From Dehalococcoidia bacterium (GTDB lineage: Bacteria > Chloroflexota > Dehalococcoidia > Bin125), in contig CAXXRD010000002.1 in the NCBI GenBank assembly GCA_963663895.2, positions 544,001 through 608,000 on the forward strand: a DNA stretch of 64,000 nt. The letters run 5' to 3'. The position numbers and the translations under genes were made by a program. This document shows positions 20,477 to 30,131 of this stretch, piece after piece. The notes below the pieces were generated by a model. It did no database searches, was not told the origin of the DNA, and saw only the letters and a program-made list of their open reading frames with translations. Each line of letters opens with the position of its first letter. Position 1 is the first letter of the stretch.

Positions 20477-21526
20477 GTGAGCGCGGAGGAGATCCGGCTC
20501 TCCAAGCTCGCTCTCTGCGGCGGCTGAGCGTCGAAGTACGGAGCAGATGCTCTGGCGCACGTGCTGCGCCATTTGCGTGAGATAGTTCCGCCGGCCGCGG
20601 CGCCCGACCTGCTCGTGGGGTTGGCCGCGCCGGATGACGCCGCGATCTACAAATTGAACGACGAGCAAGCGATCGTCCAGACGGTGGACTTCTTCGCGCC
20701 GTTCCTCGACGACCCCTACGTCTACGGGGGCATCGCGGCGGCGAACGCCATGAACGATGTGTACGCGATGGGAGGCGAGGTGCTGTTCGCGCTCAACGTG
20801 GCGGGTTTCCCGGAGGATCTGCCCACGGAGATGGCCGCGCAGATCCTTGCGGGGGGCGCCGCCAAGGTGCACGAAGCGGGGGGAGTGGTGGCCGGGGGCC
20901 ACACGGTGATCGACCACGAGCCCAAATACGGGCTGTGCGTCACGGGGCTTGTGCATCCGGAGCGGGTGCGGACCAACACCGGAGCGCGGACGGGCGACGT
21001 GCTGGTACTGACCAAGCGGCTGGGGACGGGCCTGCTGATCAATGCGATCCAGCAAGAGGTGGCGAGCCCGGCGCACGCGGAAGCGGCGATCGCGCAGATG
21101 CTGCAACTGAACGCGGCGGCGGCGCGGGCGACGCACGACCTCGACGTGCACGCGATGACGGACGTCACCGGCTTCGGTTTGGGGGGGCACCTGATCGAAA
21201 TCGCGCGGGGAAGCAAGGTGCAGGTGCGGGTGCGGATCGAAAACGCGCCGCTCATCGACGGCTTCCGCGAGTACGTACGCCGTGGCTTGACGACCCGGGG
21301 GCAGCGCGACAACCGTGCGCACTTCGGGGCGGAAGTGCAGGCCGAACCGCCGCTGAGTGACGAGGAGGCGGCGATCCTGTTCGACCCGCAGACGGCCGGC
21401 GGCCTCGTCGTTTCGCTCGGAGAGGCGGCGGCGGCCGCGTTGGAGTCACGGCTCGGCGCAGCGGGCGCGCCCTGCTGGCGGATTGGCGAGGTGGCCGAGG
21501 GCAGCGGCCTCGCAGTCGTGCGGTAG
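20477..21526 (+). CDS. selD: Selenide, water dikinase with in-frame selenocysteine (TGA 20525-20527)
   Basis: GTG 20477 after RBS GGAGG reads VSAEEIRLSKLALCGG-U-ASK, in frame with DDAAIY, QTVDFF, AANAMNDVYAMGG, TDVTGFGL, DPQTAGG. Confidence 0.92.
20528..20558 (+). promoter_or_regulatory. Candidate bacterial SECIS hairpin
   Basis: CGGAGC-AGAT-GCTCTG stem-loop with G in the apical loop, 17 nt after the TGA. Confidence 0.65.
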
Positions 21527-21531
21527 CAGCC

Positions 21532-22764
21532 GTGGCGCGGCCGTCGTACGACATCGCCGTGATCGGAGGCGGGATCCTGGGGCTGGCGGCCGCAATGGAG
21601 CTGACGAAGCGCTACACGGGGCTCGGCGTGGTGGTGCTGGAGAAGGAAGCGCACGTTGGCGTGCACCAGAGCGGGCACAACAGCGGCGTGATCCACTCGG
21701 GGCTGTACTACCGGCCCGGATCGGCCAAGGCGGAACTGGCGGTGCGGGGAGCACGGCTGCTGGTGGATTTCTGCGCGGCACACGATATCCCGCACGAAGT
21801 CTGCGGCAAGGTCGTCGTGGCGACGACGCCAGCGGAATTGCCACGGCTTGAGGAGTTGATGCGGCGCGGACGGGCGAATGGCGTGGCAGGATTGCGCGCG
21901 ATCGGCGCCGAGGAGCTGCGGGAGCTGGAGCCGCATGCGGCCGGGCTACAGGGGCTCCACGTAGCCAGCACCGGCATCGTCGACTATGGAGCAGTGGTCG
22001 AGACCTACCGGCGGCTGTTCGAAGCTTGCGGGGGCGAGCTACGGCTGGGGGCGCCGGTGCGCGCGATCCGACCCGGCCGGGAGGGCCTCGAACTCCATAT
22101 GGGAGCGGGCAGGGTGGCGGCGCGCTACGCGATCAACTGCGCGGGGCTGTACGCCGACCGCATTGCGGCGCTGGCCGGCTGCGAGCCCTCGCTGCGGATC
22201 GTGCCCTTCCGAGGCGAGTACTACGTGCTGCGGCCGGAGCGCCGGACGCTGGTCCGGAACCTGATCTACCCGGTGCCCGACCCACGCTTCCCTTTCCTGG
22301 GCGTTCATCTCACGCGCCGGATCGACGGCCGCGTGGAGGCCGGCCCCAACGCCGTCCTGGCGCTGAGGCGCGAGGGGTACCGCTGGCGCGACCTCGACCT
22401 GGGCGAGGCATGGGAGACGTTGAGCTATGGGGGCTTCTGGAGGCTCGCGCGCCGCTACTGGCGCACGGGCGGAGGCGAGGTGATGCGGTCGCTGTCACGA
22501 CGGGCTTTCGTGCGGGCGCTACAGCGGCTGGTGCCGGCGGTCGAGGCGAGCGATTTAGTGCGAGCGGGGGCGGGAGTGCGGGCGCAGGCGCTCGACCCGG
22601 ACGGCTCGCTGGTCGACGACTTCCGGATCGAGGAGTCGGAGCGGATGGTTCACGTGCTCAACGCGCCCTCGCCCGCCGCGACGGCCTCCCTCTGTATCGG
22701 CGCGGCGATCGCCGACCGCGCCGCCGCCTGGCTGGGGCCGCCCGGCGACGCGCCGCCGGATTGA
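21532..22764 (+). CDS. lhgO: L-2-hydroxyglutarate oxidase
   Basis: IGGGILG, HQSGHNSGVIHSGLYY, PFRGEY, YPVPDPRFPFLGVH, NAPSPAATA. Confidence 0.9.
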   Translation: MARPSYDIAVIGGGILGLAAAMELTKRYTGLGVVVLEKEAHVGVHQSGHNSGVIHSGLYYRPGSAKAELAVRGARLLVDFCAAHDIPHEVCGKVVVATTPAELPRLEELMRRGRANGVAGLRAIGAEELRELEPHAAGLQGLHVASTGIVDYGAVVETYRRLFEACGGELRLGAPVRAIRPGREGLELHMGAGRVAARYAINCAGLYADRIAALAGCEPSLRIVPFRGEYYVLRPERRTLVRNLIYPVPDPRFPFLGVHLTRRIDGRVEAGPNAVLALRREGYRWRDLDLGEAWETLSYGGFWRLARRYWRTGGGEVMRSLSRRAFVRALQRLVPAVEASDLVRAGAGVRAQALDPDGSLVDDFRIEESERMVHVLNAPSPAATASLCIGAAIADRAAAWLGPPGDAPPD

Positions 22765-22770
22765 CGGGCG

Positions 22771-23946
22771 ATGCGGCTGCGCTCGCTGACGTTGGATCAG
22801 TTTCGGTCGTACGCGCACTGCGCCCTGACGCTCGATCCGGGACTCACCCTGGTGCTGGGCGATAACGCGCAGGGGAAGACCAACCTCCTGGAGGCGATCT
22901 ACTTGCTGGCGGTGATGCGCTCGCCCCGTGCCGTCAGCGACGGCGAGCTGATCGCCTGGTCGGCGCCGGCGCCGCCCGTCGCGCGCGTGGCGGGGGTGGG
23001 GATGGGAAGCGAGGGAGACGTGGAAGTCGAGATCGCCATCGCCGCCCGCCGCGCAACCGACGGCAGCGTGCTGCGCACAAAAGCCGGGGCGCCGCTCGTC
23101 GGCAAGCGCGTGCGCCGCAATGGGATCGCGCGGCTCGCGGGGGACGTGGTCGGCGCGATGCCGGCCGTGCTGTTCACGACGCTCGACATCGCGATCGTCA
23201 CGGGCTCGCCCGGAACCCGCCGGCGCTACCTGGACTTCACGGTGGCGCAGAGCGATCGCGCCTACGCGCGATCGCTCGGCCGCTACGACAAGGCGGTCGC
23301 TCAGCGCAATGCGCTCCTCAAGCGGATCGCGCAAGGGCAGGCGTCCCTGGAGGAGCTGGGGCCGTGGGACGACGCGGTGGTGGAAGAGGGAGGAACGATC
23401 ATCGCCGGACGGGCGCGGGTCGTCGCCGAGCTGGCCGCGATCGCGCCCCGCTACCAAACGCGGCTGGCGGCCGGACGGGGCGAGAGGCTGGAGATCGCGT
23501 ACGCCCCGGCGCTCGCGCGGGCGGCGTTCGAGGGAGAGAGCGTGGAGGCGGCCCGGGCGGCCCTGCGGGCGGCTTTGCGAACGCTGCGCCCGCGCGAGAG
23601 CGGGGCGGGAACGACGCTGGCCGGACCTCACCGCGACGACGTCTTTTTCACGCTTGACGGCCGCGCGGCCGGGTCCTACGGCTCGCGCGCGCAGCAGCGC
23701 AGCCTGGCGCTCGCCCTGCGGCTGGCGGAGGCGGACGTGCTGCGAACGCGCCGCGGGGAGGAGCCGATCCTGCTGCTGGACGACGTCTTCTCCGAGCTGG
23801 ACGACCGGCGGCGGGAGGCGGTGATCGAGGCCACGCAAGGCGCCGAGCAGCTGCTGCTGACCGGCACGGATCCGGGGCACATCCCCGCCGGGATATCGGC
23901 GGCGGCGCGCTGGCGGGTCGCGGAAGGGCGGCTCAGTCCCGCCTGA
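22771..23946 (+). CDS. recF: DNA replication/repair protein RecF
   Basis: FRSY, GDNAQGKTNLLEAI, RRRYLD, QRNALLK, GPHRDD, GSRAQQR, LLLDDVFSELD. Confidence 0.93.
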   Translation: MRLRSLTLDQFRSYAHCALTLDPGLTLVLGDNAQGKTNLLEAIYLLAVMRSPRAVSDGELIAWSAPAPPVARVAGVGMGSEGDVEVEIAIAARRATDGSVLRTKAGAPLVGKRVRRNGIARLAGDVVGAMPAVLFTTLDIAIVTGSPGTRRRYLDFTVAQSDRAYARSLGRYDKAVAQRNALLKRIAQGQASLEELGPWDDAVVEEGGTIIAGRARVVAELAAIAPRYQTRLAAGRGERLEIAYAPALARAAFEGESVEAARAALRAALRTLRPRESGAGTTLAGPHRDDVFFTLDGRAAGSYGSRAQQRSLALALRLAEADVLRTRRGEEPILLLDDVFSELDDRRREAVIEATQGAEQLLLTGTDPGHIPAGISAAARWRVAEGRLSPA

Positions 23947-24889
23947 GAGGCGGGGGCTGGAAGACGGGACGCTCCGACTTCGGGACGAGCATCGTCACCG
24001 CGCGCGGCTCCACGGTGAAGCGGGCCGGGAGCTCTTCCCGGAGAGCGCCGGCAGGGCTCACGACATCGCCGTCGACCTGGAGCAGGGGATGGCGAGCGTC
24101 GAGCGGCTCGACGCGGATCTCCCGCGCCCGCCGGAAGAGCATGGCGCCGGAGCGCAGATGCCGGCGCAGCAGGGTCAGGGAGAGGCCGCGCAGGGCGGAC
24201 AGCGGCCCGGCGCCGCGGAAGACGACGCAATCGAGCTGACCGTCGATCGCGGAGGCTTGGGCGGTGATCTCGACGACGCCACCGTAGAGGCGCGTGTTGC
24301 CGATCACGACCATGTTGGCGGCCAGATCGCGCGGCGGGCCGCCGTCGAAGCCGATCGCGAGGCGGTGGCCGCGGTAGAGCGCGCCGGTCCGGACAGCCGT
24401 CAGGACGTACGCCAAGGCGCCGGTGCAGCGCTTGAGACGCGGCGAGACGGCCGCCGCCGTGGCGGCATCGAGGCCGAGGCTGGCCATGAGCAGAAAGCGG
24501 CGCTCTCCGGCGCGGCCCAGGTCGATGCGGACGGGCCGGGCATCGAGCTGGGCGCGAATGGCGCCGGCCGGATCGCGCGGGACCCCCGCCTCCTTGGCCC
24601 AGACGTTGGCGGTGCCGCCGGGAACGAGGCCGACTTGGGTATCGGGATCGCTGAGGCCGTTGAGCACCTCGTTGATCGTGCCGTCGCCGCCGCAGGCGAA
24701 GATGATCTCCGCGCCCGCCGCCTCGGCTTCGCGGGCGAGCGCGGTGGCGTGAGCGGGCCGCTCCGTCGTCCAGATCGCCGCCTCGAGCCGCGCGCCGGCC
24801 GCGCGCGCGATCGCCGCGCCCAGACGCTGGGGCGAGGGAGCGTCGCGGGCGGCGGGATTGAGGATGAAGACAGCGCGGCGTGGCGGCAT
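23933..24889 (-). CDS. Diacylglycerol kinase family lipid kinase (YegS/DAGK)
   Basis: ILNPAA, GGDGTINEV, PGGTANVWA, QVDGD; ATG 24889 with GAGGAG RBS. Confidence 0.88.
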   Translation of the reverse strand: MPPRRAVFILNPAARDAPSPQRLGAAIARAAGARLEAAIWTTERPAHATALAREAEAAGAEIIFACGGDGTINEVLNGLSDPDTQVGLVPGGTANVWAKEAGVPRDPAGAIRAQLDARPVRIDLGRAGERRFLLMASLGLDAATAAAVSPRLKRCTGALAYVLTAVRTGALYRGHRLAIGFDGGPPRDLAANMVVIGNTRLYGGVVEITAQASAIDGQLDCVVFRGAGPLSALRGLSLTLLRRHLRSGAMLFRRAREIRVEPLDARHPLLQVDGDVVSPAGALREELPARFTVEPRAVTMLVPKSERPVFQPPPLRRD

Positions 24890-25058
24890 GGGCGCTCCTC
24901 GGATCGCGGCCCGGCGGGAGCGATCGTCGCACAACGGCGCGGTCCGGCGGGCGCCGCGGGTGCGCGAATTTGACCGCCCCCAGGGAGAGTTCGACCATGT
25001 TACGCGCACGCGTCGGCCCCCAAGCGGGGCGGCGGCCGAGAGAGGCCGAGGAGGATCG

Positions 25059-25517
25059 ATGGCCAAGCGTCCCGGCATGAAGCGGCTGGACCACGTGAGC
25101 ATCGTCGCGGAAGACCCGCGGGCGACCGCGGCGCTGCTGGGGCGGCTGCTGGGCGGCAAGGTCGGGGACCGCTTCGAGGAAGAGGCGGAGGGCTTCGAAG
25201 GCGCCTACATCTACCTCCCGGACAACCAGGCCCGCGTCGAGGTGCTGGGGCCACTGGGGGATCAGTCCTTCCTACACCGCTTCCTGGAGACGCGGGGCCA
25301 GGGCGTGCACCACCTCACCTTCGAGGTCGAGGACGTGGAGGCGCTGGCGGCGTACCTGCGCGAGGAGCTGGGGATCGAGCCCTACCGCGGCGTCTGGTGC
25401 GACCACGAGTGGAAGCAGACCTTCGTGCACCCCAAGGACGCGGGCGGGGTGCTCCTGCAGTTCTACGAGTGGCTGCCGGGGAAGCGGCCCGACCATCCGC
25501 CGGGCGCGGGACCGTGA
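25059..25517 (+). CDS. VOC family protein (methylmalonyl-CoA epimerase-like)
   Basis: LDHVSI, FLETRGQGVHHLTFEV, FVHPKDAGGVLLQFYE. Confidence 0.85.
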   Translation: MAKRPGMKRLDHVSIVAEDPRATAALLGRLLGGKVGDRFEEEAEGFEGAYIYLPDNQARVEVLGPLGDQSFLHRFLETRGQGVHHLTFEVEDVEALAAYLREELGIEPYRGVWCDHEWKQTFVHPKDAGGVLLQFYEWLPGKRPDHPPGAGP

Positions 25518-26053
25518 GCGCACGCCTGCCACCGCCGCCGGTCCGCTACGAAGAGGGCCGCTTCGTGGCGACGCGCGAGGTGCCCTTCTCGACGGCGCTG
25601 GACGAGCTGATCGCGGAGGTGCGGGAAGGGAACGCGCCCAACCTGGGGCGCTTCTGCGGCTACTGCTCGACCCCCCTCACGCCGCAGGACGGCGTCTGTC
25701 CGACCTGCGCCACCGAGACCGCGGCGCTGGCCCCGCGCGAGAAGATCCCGCGACCGCTGGCGGCGGTCTACACGCGCAAGCGCAAGGTGGAGGCGCGCAT
25801 CATCCACAGCGCCGCCTGGCTGGGGATCTCGATCGGAGCCGCGATCTCGATCGGCCTGATCCTGGTGCTGCCGGGCTGGACCAAGATCTTCGCCGTGATC
25901 TTCCTGGTGGCGGGCTCCTACTACCTCGCCTCCTACATGGGCAACGTGCTGGCCCAGGACTTCGCCTACCGCCGGGGGCTGCGCACCTTCGCCGCGCGCT
26001 GGCAGGAGTACCGGCGGGCGCTGGCGACGGGCGAAGTGAGCGACGACGCCTGA
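25514..26053 (+). CDS. Hypothetical membrane protein with zinc ribbon
   Basis: FCGYC..VCPTC followed by two TM helices; GTGA overlap with the upstream gene. Confidence 0.7.
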   Translation: MSARLPPPPVRYEEGRFVATREVPFSTALDELIAEVREGNAPNLGRFCGYCSTPLTPQDGVCPTCATETAALAPREKIPRPLAAVYTRKRKVEARIIHSAAWLGISIGAAISIGLILVLPGWTKIFAVIFLVAGSYYLASYMGNVLAQDFAYRRGLRTFAARWQEYRRALATGEVSDDA

Positions 26054-26197
26054 GCCGTCTGCTGTGGGTAACTCGGTTGTGATTTCAATCTCAAGACTAG
26101 GGGCGTGCTTCGCTTGCTCTGTACAGAAGATCGGACCGAACTCTCGCCCTCGCCGCTTTGGCTGTGCTCTGTCAGCGAGTAAGTGCGGGAATAGCGA

Positions 26198-27181
26198 TCA
26201 ATCTCCACTGCCAAGCGAGTGAACATCGGGTGCGATCCGCAGCGCATGATGGAAGATCTCGTTCATGAAGTCCGTCCAACTGTCGGCGTCGTGGAGCAGT
26301 CGATCAATGTCGAAGTCGCGCTCCATTCGCATCTCGTCGAGCCGCTCCCGCATCGTCGGGGTGACGACTCCGGCGACGAGGAAATTCTTGCAGCCAGCAG
26401 GCGCCTCGTCGAACGTCTTCTTGATGGCACCGAGCCGCTCCAGCGCGCCGGCGGGATCCTTACCCGCCTTCACCTCAATGAGCGCAACGAGAACGCCATC
26501 CTTCTCGAAGCCAACATCCGGCTCCGGCGCGAACCTCATTCGCACGCTGCCAGTAAGATCCCACGCGCCGTGGAATTCCAGGCTATCTGGATCGCCCGCG
26601 TCATCTACCAGCAGGTCATGATCGCGGACCCATTCAAGCAAACGCTCCTTGATAGCTCGCTCACCCAATTGCCCAATGAGGTTCCGCATCGATCCATCAG
26701 CGGAAATGCCGATGGTCGCCAGCACGTTCCGGTAACCATTCTCCATCGTCCAGTCTGTTTTATCAGTGATGAGCGAACTGATCACCGCGTTGTACAGTCG
26801 GCACACGTCCAATGCCTTCTGGTCCGCCACCTGAGGCTTGGAATCAGGTTGTTCCCAACTGTCTACGGTCCCAACGATTCCGGCCACGCTCTTGCGGGAG
26901 AGCAGCGAGATACCCCGATAGTGGAGGGATGCCTGCGGCATTGCCTTAAGCACCGAGGGGTGTGCGAACACCAGTCGCGGTTCGATTCCGGCTTTGCACA
27001 CCTGTTCCCAAGCCATCTCTTCGATAGCCAGCGACTCTCTGTCCGAGTAATCAGCCTTGCCACTGAACGTCTCGATCTGCTCTCGGATTCGCAAGTCATC
27101 GCCCGCAGCGATACGGCGTGCAATCAAGACGGCTCTCTCGGTGGCATCCTCGGTGCGTCGCTCGTTCGTCACGGGGCTCAC
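26198..27181 (-). CDS. Type II restriction endonuclease, XcyI-like
   Basis: GSMRNLIG, FAPEPDV...IEVKAGKDPAGALERLGA (PD-ExK); GTGA overlap with the MTase stop; lower GC. Confidence 0.75.
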   Translation of the reverse strand: MSPVTNERRTEDATERAVLIARRIAAGDDLRIREQIETFSGKADYSDRESLAIEEMAWEQVCKAGIEPRLVFAHPSVLKAMPQASLHYRGISLLSRKSVAGIVGTVDSWEQPDSKPQVADQKALDVCRLYNAVISSLITDKTDWTMENGYRNVLATIGISADGSMRNLIGQLGERAIKERLLEWVRDHDLLVDDAGDPDSLEFHGAWDLTGSVRMRFAPEPDVGFEKDGVLVALIEVKAGKDPAGALERLGAIKKTFDEAPAGCKNFLVAGVVTPTMRERLDEMRMERDFDIDRLLHDADSWTDFMNEIFHHALRIAPDVHSLGSGD

Positions 27182-28662
27182 TCCGGCATGCGCCAGTGGT
27201 AGACGCACTTACGCAACTCGCGGCGGCCAAAACGTCCCATCTGTTGGCTCGCGTTGCCCTTACCGCGGGGCAACACGCTGATCTCCTCGCACTCGAAGCC
27301 ACACGCCTCCGCAATGTCCGAAAGGATGAGATCAACCGGCACTTCCTCGCCGTGATACTGGACGTTGTCGTTGACCATGATCACGCGCCCTCCAGGACGA
27401 GTGACGCGCGCCAACTCCGCAACGATGACTGCCATTTCCAGGAAGTAGTTCTCGACGAGCCGGATGACATGCGGATTGCCAAGTTCGGCCCGGCGCTGCA
27501 GCAGGGCGTGTAATACTTCATGGAGAGCCGCCTGTGATCGGACAGCGGCTCTGGCTTTCTTCAGCGTGTCAATCCTCGGGTATTCGCGATCGCAGAGCGC
27601 CTCCTTCGAGCGATTCTCGACCGTCGCGCTGATTAGGGCCTGCCGCAGTTCCCCGAAGTCAGCCTTGTCGTAGCCGAGCCACGCCAACTCCAATGCGTAC
27701 GTGCGCGTGTAATCGTAGCGATTGGCATAGGGTGGCGACGTAACGATCAGTTCGACCGAACAATCGGGAATTGAAGCGAGTTCACGCAGCGCTGATCCCT
27801 GCATTAAACACGGAGACTGCCCACCGTAGCGGAGCACAAGATCAGGAGCATCCTCAACAATTTCGACGAGCCGCTGTTCGAGTGCCACCGCGAAGTCAGG
27901 GAGCAGGCCCTTGCGCATGCCACCGCGGAGCGTACGTCCGCAGCGGTCGTCCCACCGGAGGTATTGCCCGTCCTTACGTGTATAGCTCACGTCTTCCAAT
28001 ACGCTCATGCAAGCCACATCAAGGATCGTGCGAATCGGTTCGTCGTCGATCTGATCAAGGAAGGCACGCGCTTTCGCGATCGCATTCTCGGTTTCGGAAG
28101 GGAAGGCGTGCTCGGTGATCGGAACATGCGGGAAGCGGTACACCCTCGGAGCAATGCGGCCCTGCAACGACTTAAGGAGCGCGTCGCCTGCAGCCTCGAT
28201 TGTTCCGCTTCTGACACCGTTGGCCACGAGCGAGATCGCGCGCGCAGCGCGTACGCCGACGGGCATGATTTCGATGCCTGTAGCCTCGCGACCCATGCCG
28301 CTGGCAACAAGGACTGTGGTCCCGATACCCGCGAAAGGGTCGAGTACCGGCCCGTCGGATCCATCGAGGGCACTACGGACCAACTCGGCGGAGAAGCCTT
28401 CCTTGTATCGGAGCCAGCGCAGCCCCGGCTGTGTCTTGTTTCCTTGATACGACACGAGCCGACGAGTTAGTTCATCACGTATGACTAGGCGGTCCGCGAA
28501 GCGCCTGTGGAGGGCGTCACGCTCGGTTCGGTCTGCTTCTCCAATGACGGCCGCCACACCGGATTCGATCCGGTACATGCCTTGCGCGTCCTGCACCGAT
28601 CGCGTTGCGGTCGCCTGTACCATGCGTAATCCCTTCCCCATCGGCGCGACTATACCGCTCAC
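27178..28662 (-). CDS. Site-specific DNA methyltransferase, probably N4-cytosine
   Basis: YKEGFS, LDPFAGIGTT (motif I) preceding VTSPPY (motif IV); start uncertain. Confidence 0.85.
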   Translation of the reverse strand: MSGIVAPMGKGLRMVQATATRSVQDAQGMYRIESGVAAVIGEADRTERDALHRRFADRLVIRDELTRRLVSYQGNKTQPGLRWLRYKEGFSAELVRSALDGSDGPVLDPFAGIGTTVLVASGMGREATGIEIMPVGVRAARAISLVANGVRSGTIEAAGDALLKSLQGRIAPRVYRFPHVPITEHAFPSETENAIAKARAFLDQIDDEPIRTILDVACMSVLEDVSYTRKDGQYLRWDDRCGRTLRGGMRKGLLPDFAVALEQRLVEIVEDAPDLVLRYGGQSPCLMQGSALRELASIPDCSVELIVTSPPYANRYDYTRTYALELAWLGYDKADFGELRQALISATVENRSKEALCDREYPRIDTLKKARAAVRSQAALHEVLHALLQRRAELGNPHVIRLVENYFLEMAVIVAELARVTRPGGRVIMVNDNVQYHGEEVPVDLILSDIAEACGFECEEISVLPRGKGNASQQMGRFGRRELRKCVYHWRMPE

Positions 28663-28688
28663 CAGCTTGCTCAGTCGAACAGTTGAAG

Positions 28689-28702
28689 AGAACTAGTGTT
28701 CT
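28689..28702. promoter_or_regulatory. LexA/DinR-type SOS box
   Basis: AGAAC-TAGT-GTTCT, 27-40 bp upstream of the MTase start. Confidence 0.55.
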
Positions 28703-28843
28703 AAACGGAGGTTATCACATTCTCAACTTCAAGACGGCGCAGATCCACGATCGTCACACCCCGCGCTATCGCTAGCACCCGCGCGCGGGGCCAGGCAAGT
28801 GGAAACCAACAGTGCACCGGCATAGCTCACGCTGACATGACCT

Positions 28844-29026
28844 GTCGATCACTACTAGGTGAATAAGGACAACGCGAGCGGTATTGTCAACAACGTGAAC
28901 CAGTGGTGTGAGGAACTCGAGCAGCCGCGCTACATCCTCGACCTGGTGAAGCGGATCGTGACGGTCAGCGTGGAGACGATGGCGATAGTGCGGGCGCTGC
29001 CGGAGCTGCGGGAGGCGGGCGCCTAA
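28844..29026 (+). pseudogene. C-terminal remnant of a type ISP (LlaGI/LlaBIII-like) R-M enzyme
   Basis: Reads VDHY*VNKDNASGIVNNVNQWCEELEQPRYILDLVKRIVTVSVETMAIVRALPEL, resembling the YQV..D..SGIVND.N...PRYILDL...VTVS.ET..IV..LP terminus. Confidence 0.7.
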
Positions 29027-30117
29027 CCCGCCACAGGCTCCGCCGGCAACGCCTCGATCGCGTCGGCGGCGCCCGTGACGATGAGCGTGTCGCCGGCGGT
29101 CAGGACGGTATCGGCGGACGGCCCCACGAGCAGCTCGCCGGTGGCGCGGCGCAGTCCCAGCACCACGATGCCCCGGTCGGCGCCGATCGCCCCGATCGCG
29201 GCGCCGTCGAGCGGGGAGCGGGCGCGGACGCCGACCTCGGCCAGCGTCTCCGCACTCGCGCCGGGGCCGAAGGGCGGCTCGGGCGGCTCGGCGGCCGCAC
29301 GGTGCAGCGCCGCGAAGGCGAGACGGTGACCGGCGATCTGCATCGGGGAGATGACGCGGTCGGCGCCGGCTTGGAGCTGCTTGGGGCCGGAATCCTGCTC
29401 GTTGGCGCGCGCCACGATGTAGAGGTCCGGGCGCATCCCCTTGGCGGTGAGCGTGATGAAGGTGTTCTGGGCGTCGCTGGCCGTGACGGCCAGGAGCGCG
29501 CGGGCGCGGTCGAGGCCGGCGCGTTGCAGGACGTCGTTATCGCTGGCGTCGCCCGCAATCACCAGCCAATCGGCGGTCTTGGCGCGGTCGGCCTTGTCGG
29601 GGTCTGGGTCGATCAGGACGAAGGCGGCGCCGTGCCGCTCCAGCTCGGCGGCGACCTCCCAGCCGACGCGCCCTCCTCCGCAGACGATGAAGTGCTCGCG
29701 CAACGCGTTGATGCTGTTCGTCATATGCCAGGCTCCCAGATCCGTGACCAGCTCGCCCTCGACGACGAGCCGGCCCACTCCCGTGAGGATGTAGAGTCCC
29801 ACCGTCACCCCGACCACCGCGAGCGCGATGGTGAACCCGCGTGCGCTCGTCTCCAGCGGCCGCACCTCCTCGAACCCGATCGTGGTGATGGTGATGACGG
29901 TCTGGTAGAGGGCGTCGAAGGCGGGCAGATCGGCGATGACGATGTAGCCCACGACGCCCATGGTCACGACCAGGCAGAGCGCGACCAGGCCATAGAGCAG
30001 CTGCCCGAAGGCGGGGCCGATGACGAGGAGGCGCCACGCGGGCGGCTCCGAGCCGAGCAGCCGCAGCAGCGACCCCAGGAAGGATCCCAGCCGGTAGTGC
30101 AGCCAGGAGGCGACCAT
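29023..30117 (-). CDS. Potassium channel protein with TrkA-N/TrkA-C (RCK) domains
   Basis: ITITTIGFEE pore motif, HFIVCGGGRVG, GDASD, AGADRVISP. Confidence 0.88.
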   Translation of the reverse strand: MVASWLHYRLGSFLGSLLRLLGSEPPAWRLLVIGPAFGQLLYGLVALCLVVTMGVVGYIVIADLPAFDALYQTVITITTIGFEEVRPLETSARGFTIALAVVGVTVGLYILTGVGRLVVEGELVTDLGAWHMTNSINALREHFIVCGGGRVGWEVAAELERHGAAFVLIDPDPDKADRAKTADWLVIAGDASDNDVLQRAGLDRARALLAVTASDAQNTFITLTAKGMRPDLYIVARANEQDSGPKQLQAGADRVISPMQIAGHRLAFAALHRAAAEPPEPPFGPGASAETLAEVGVRARSPLDGAAIGAIGADRGIVVLGLRRATGELLVGPSADTVLTAGDTLIVTGAADAIEALPAEPVAG

Positions 30118-30131
30118 GGGAGCGGCCGCGG

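Noticed and set aside
22771-23946. oriC next to recF
   Set aside because: No dnaA, dnaN or gyrB, and no DnaA boxes seen around recF
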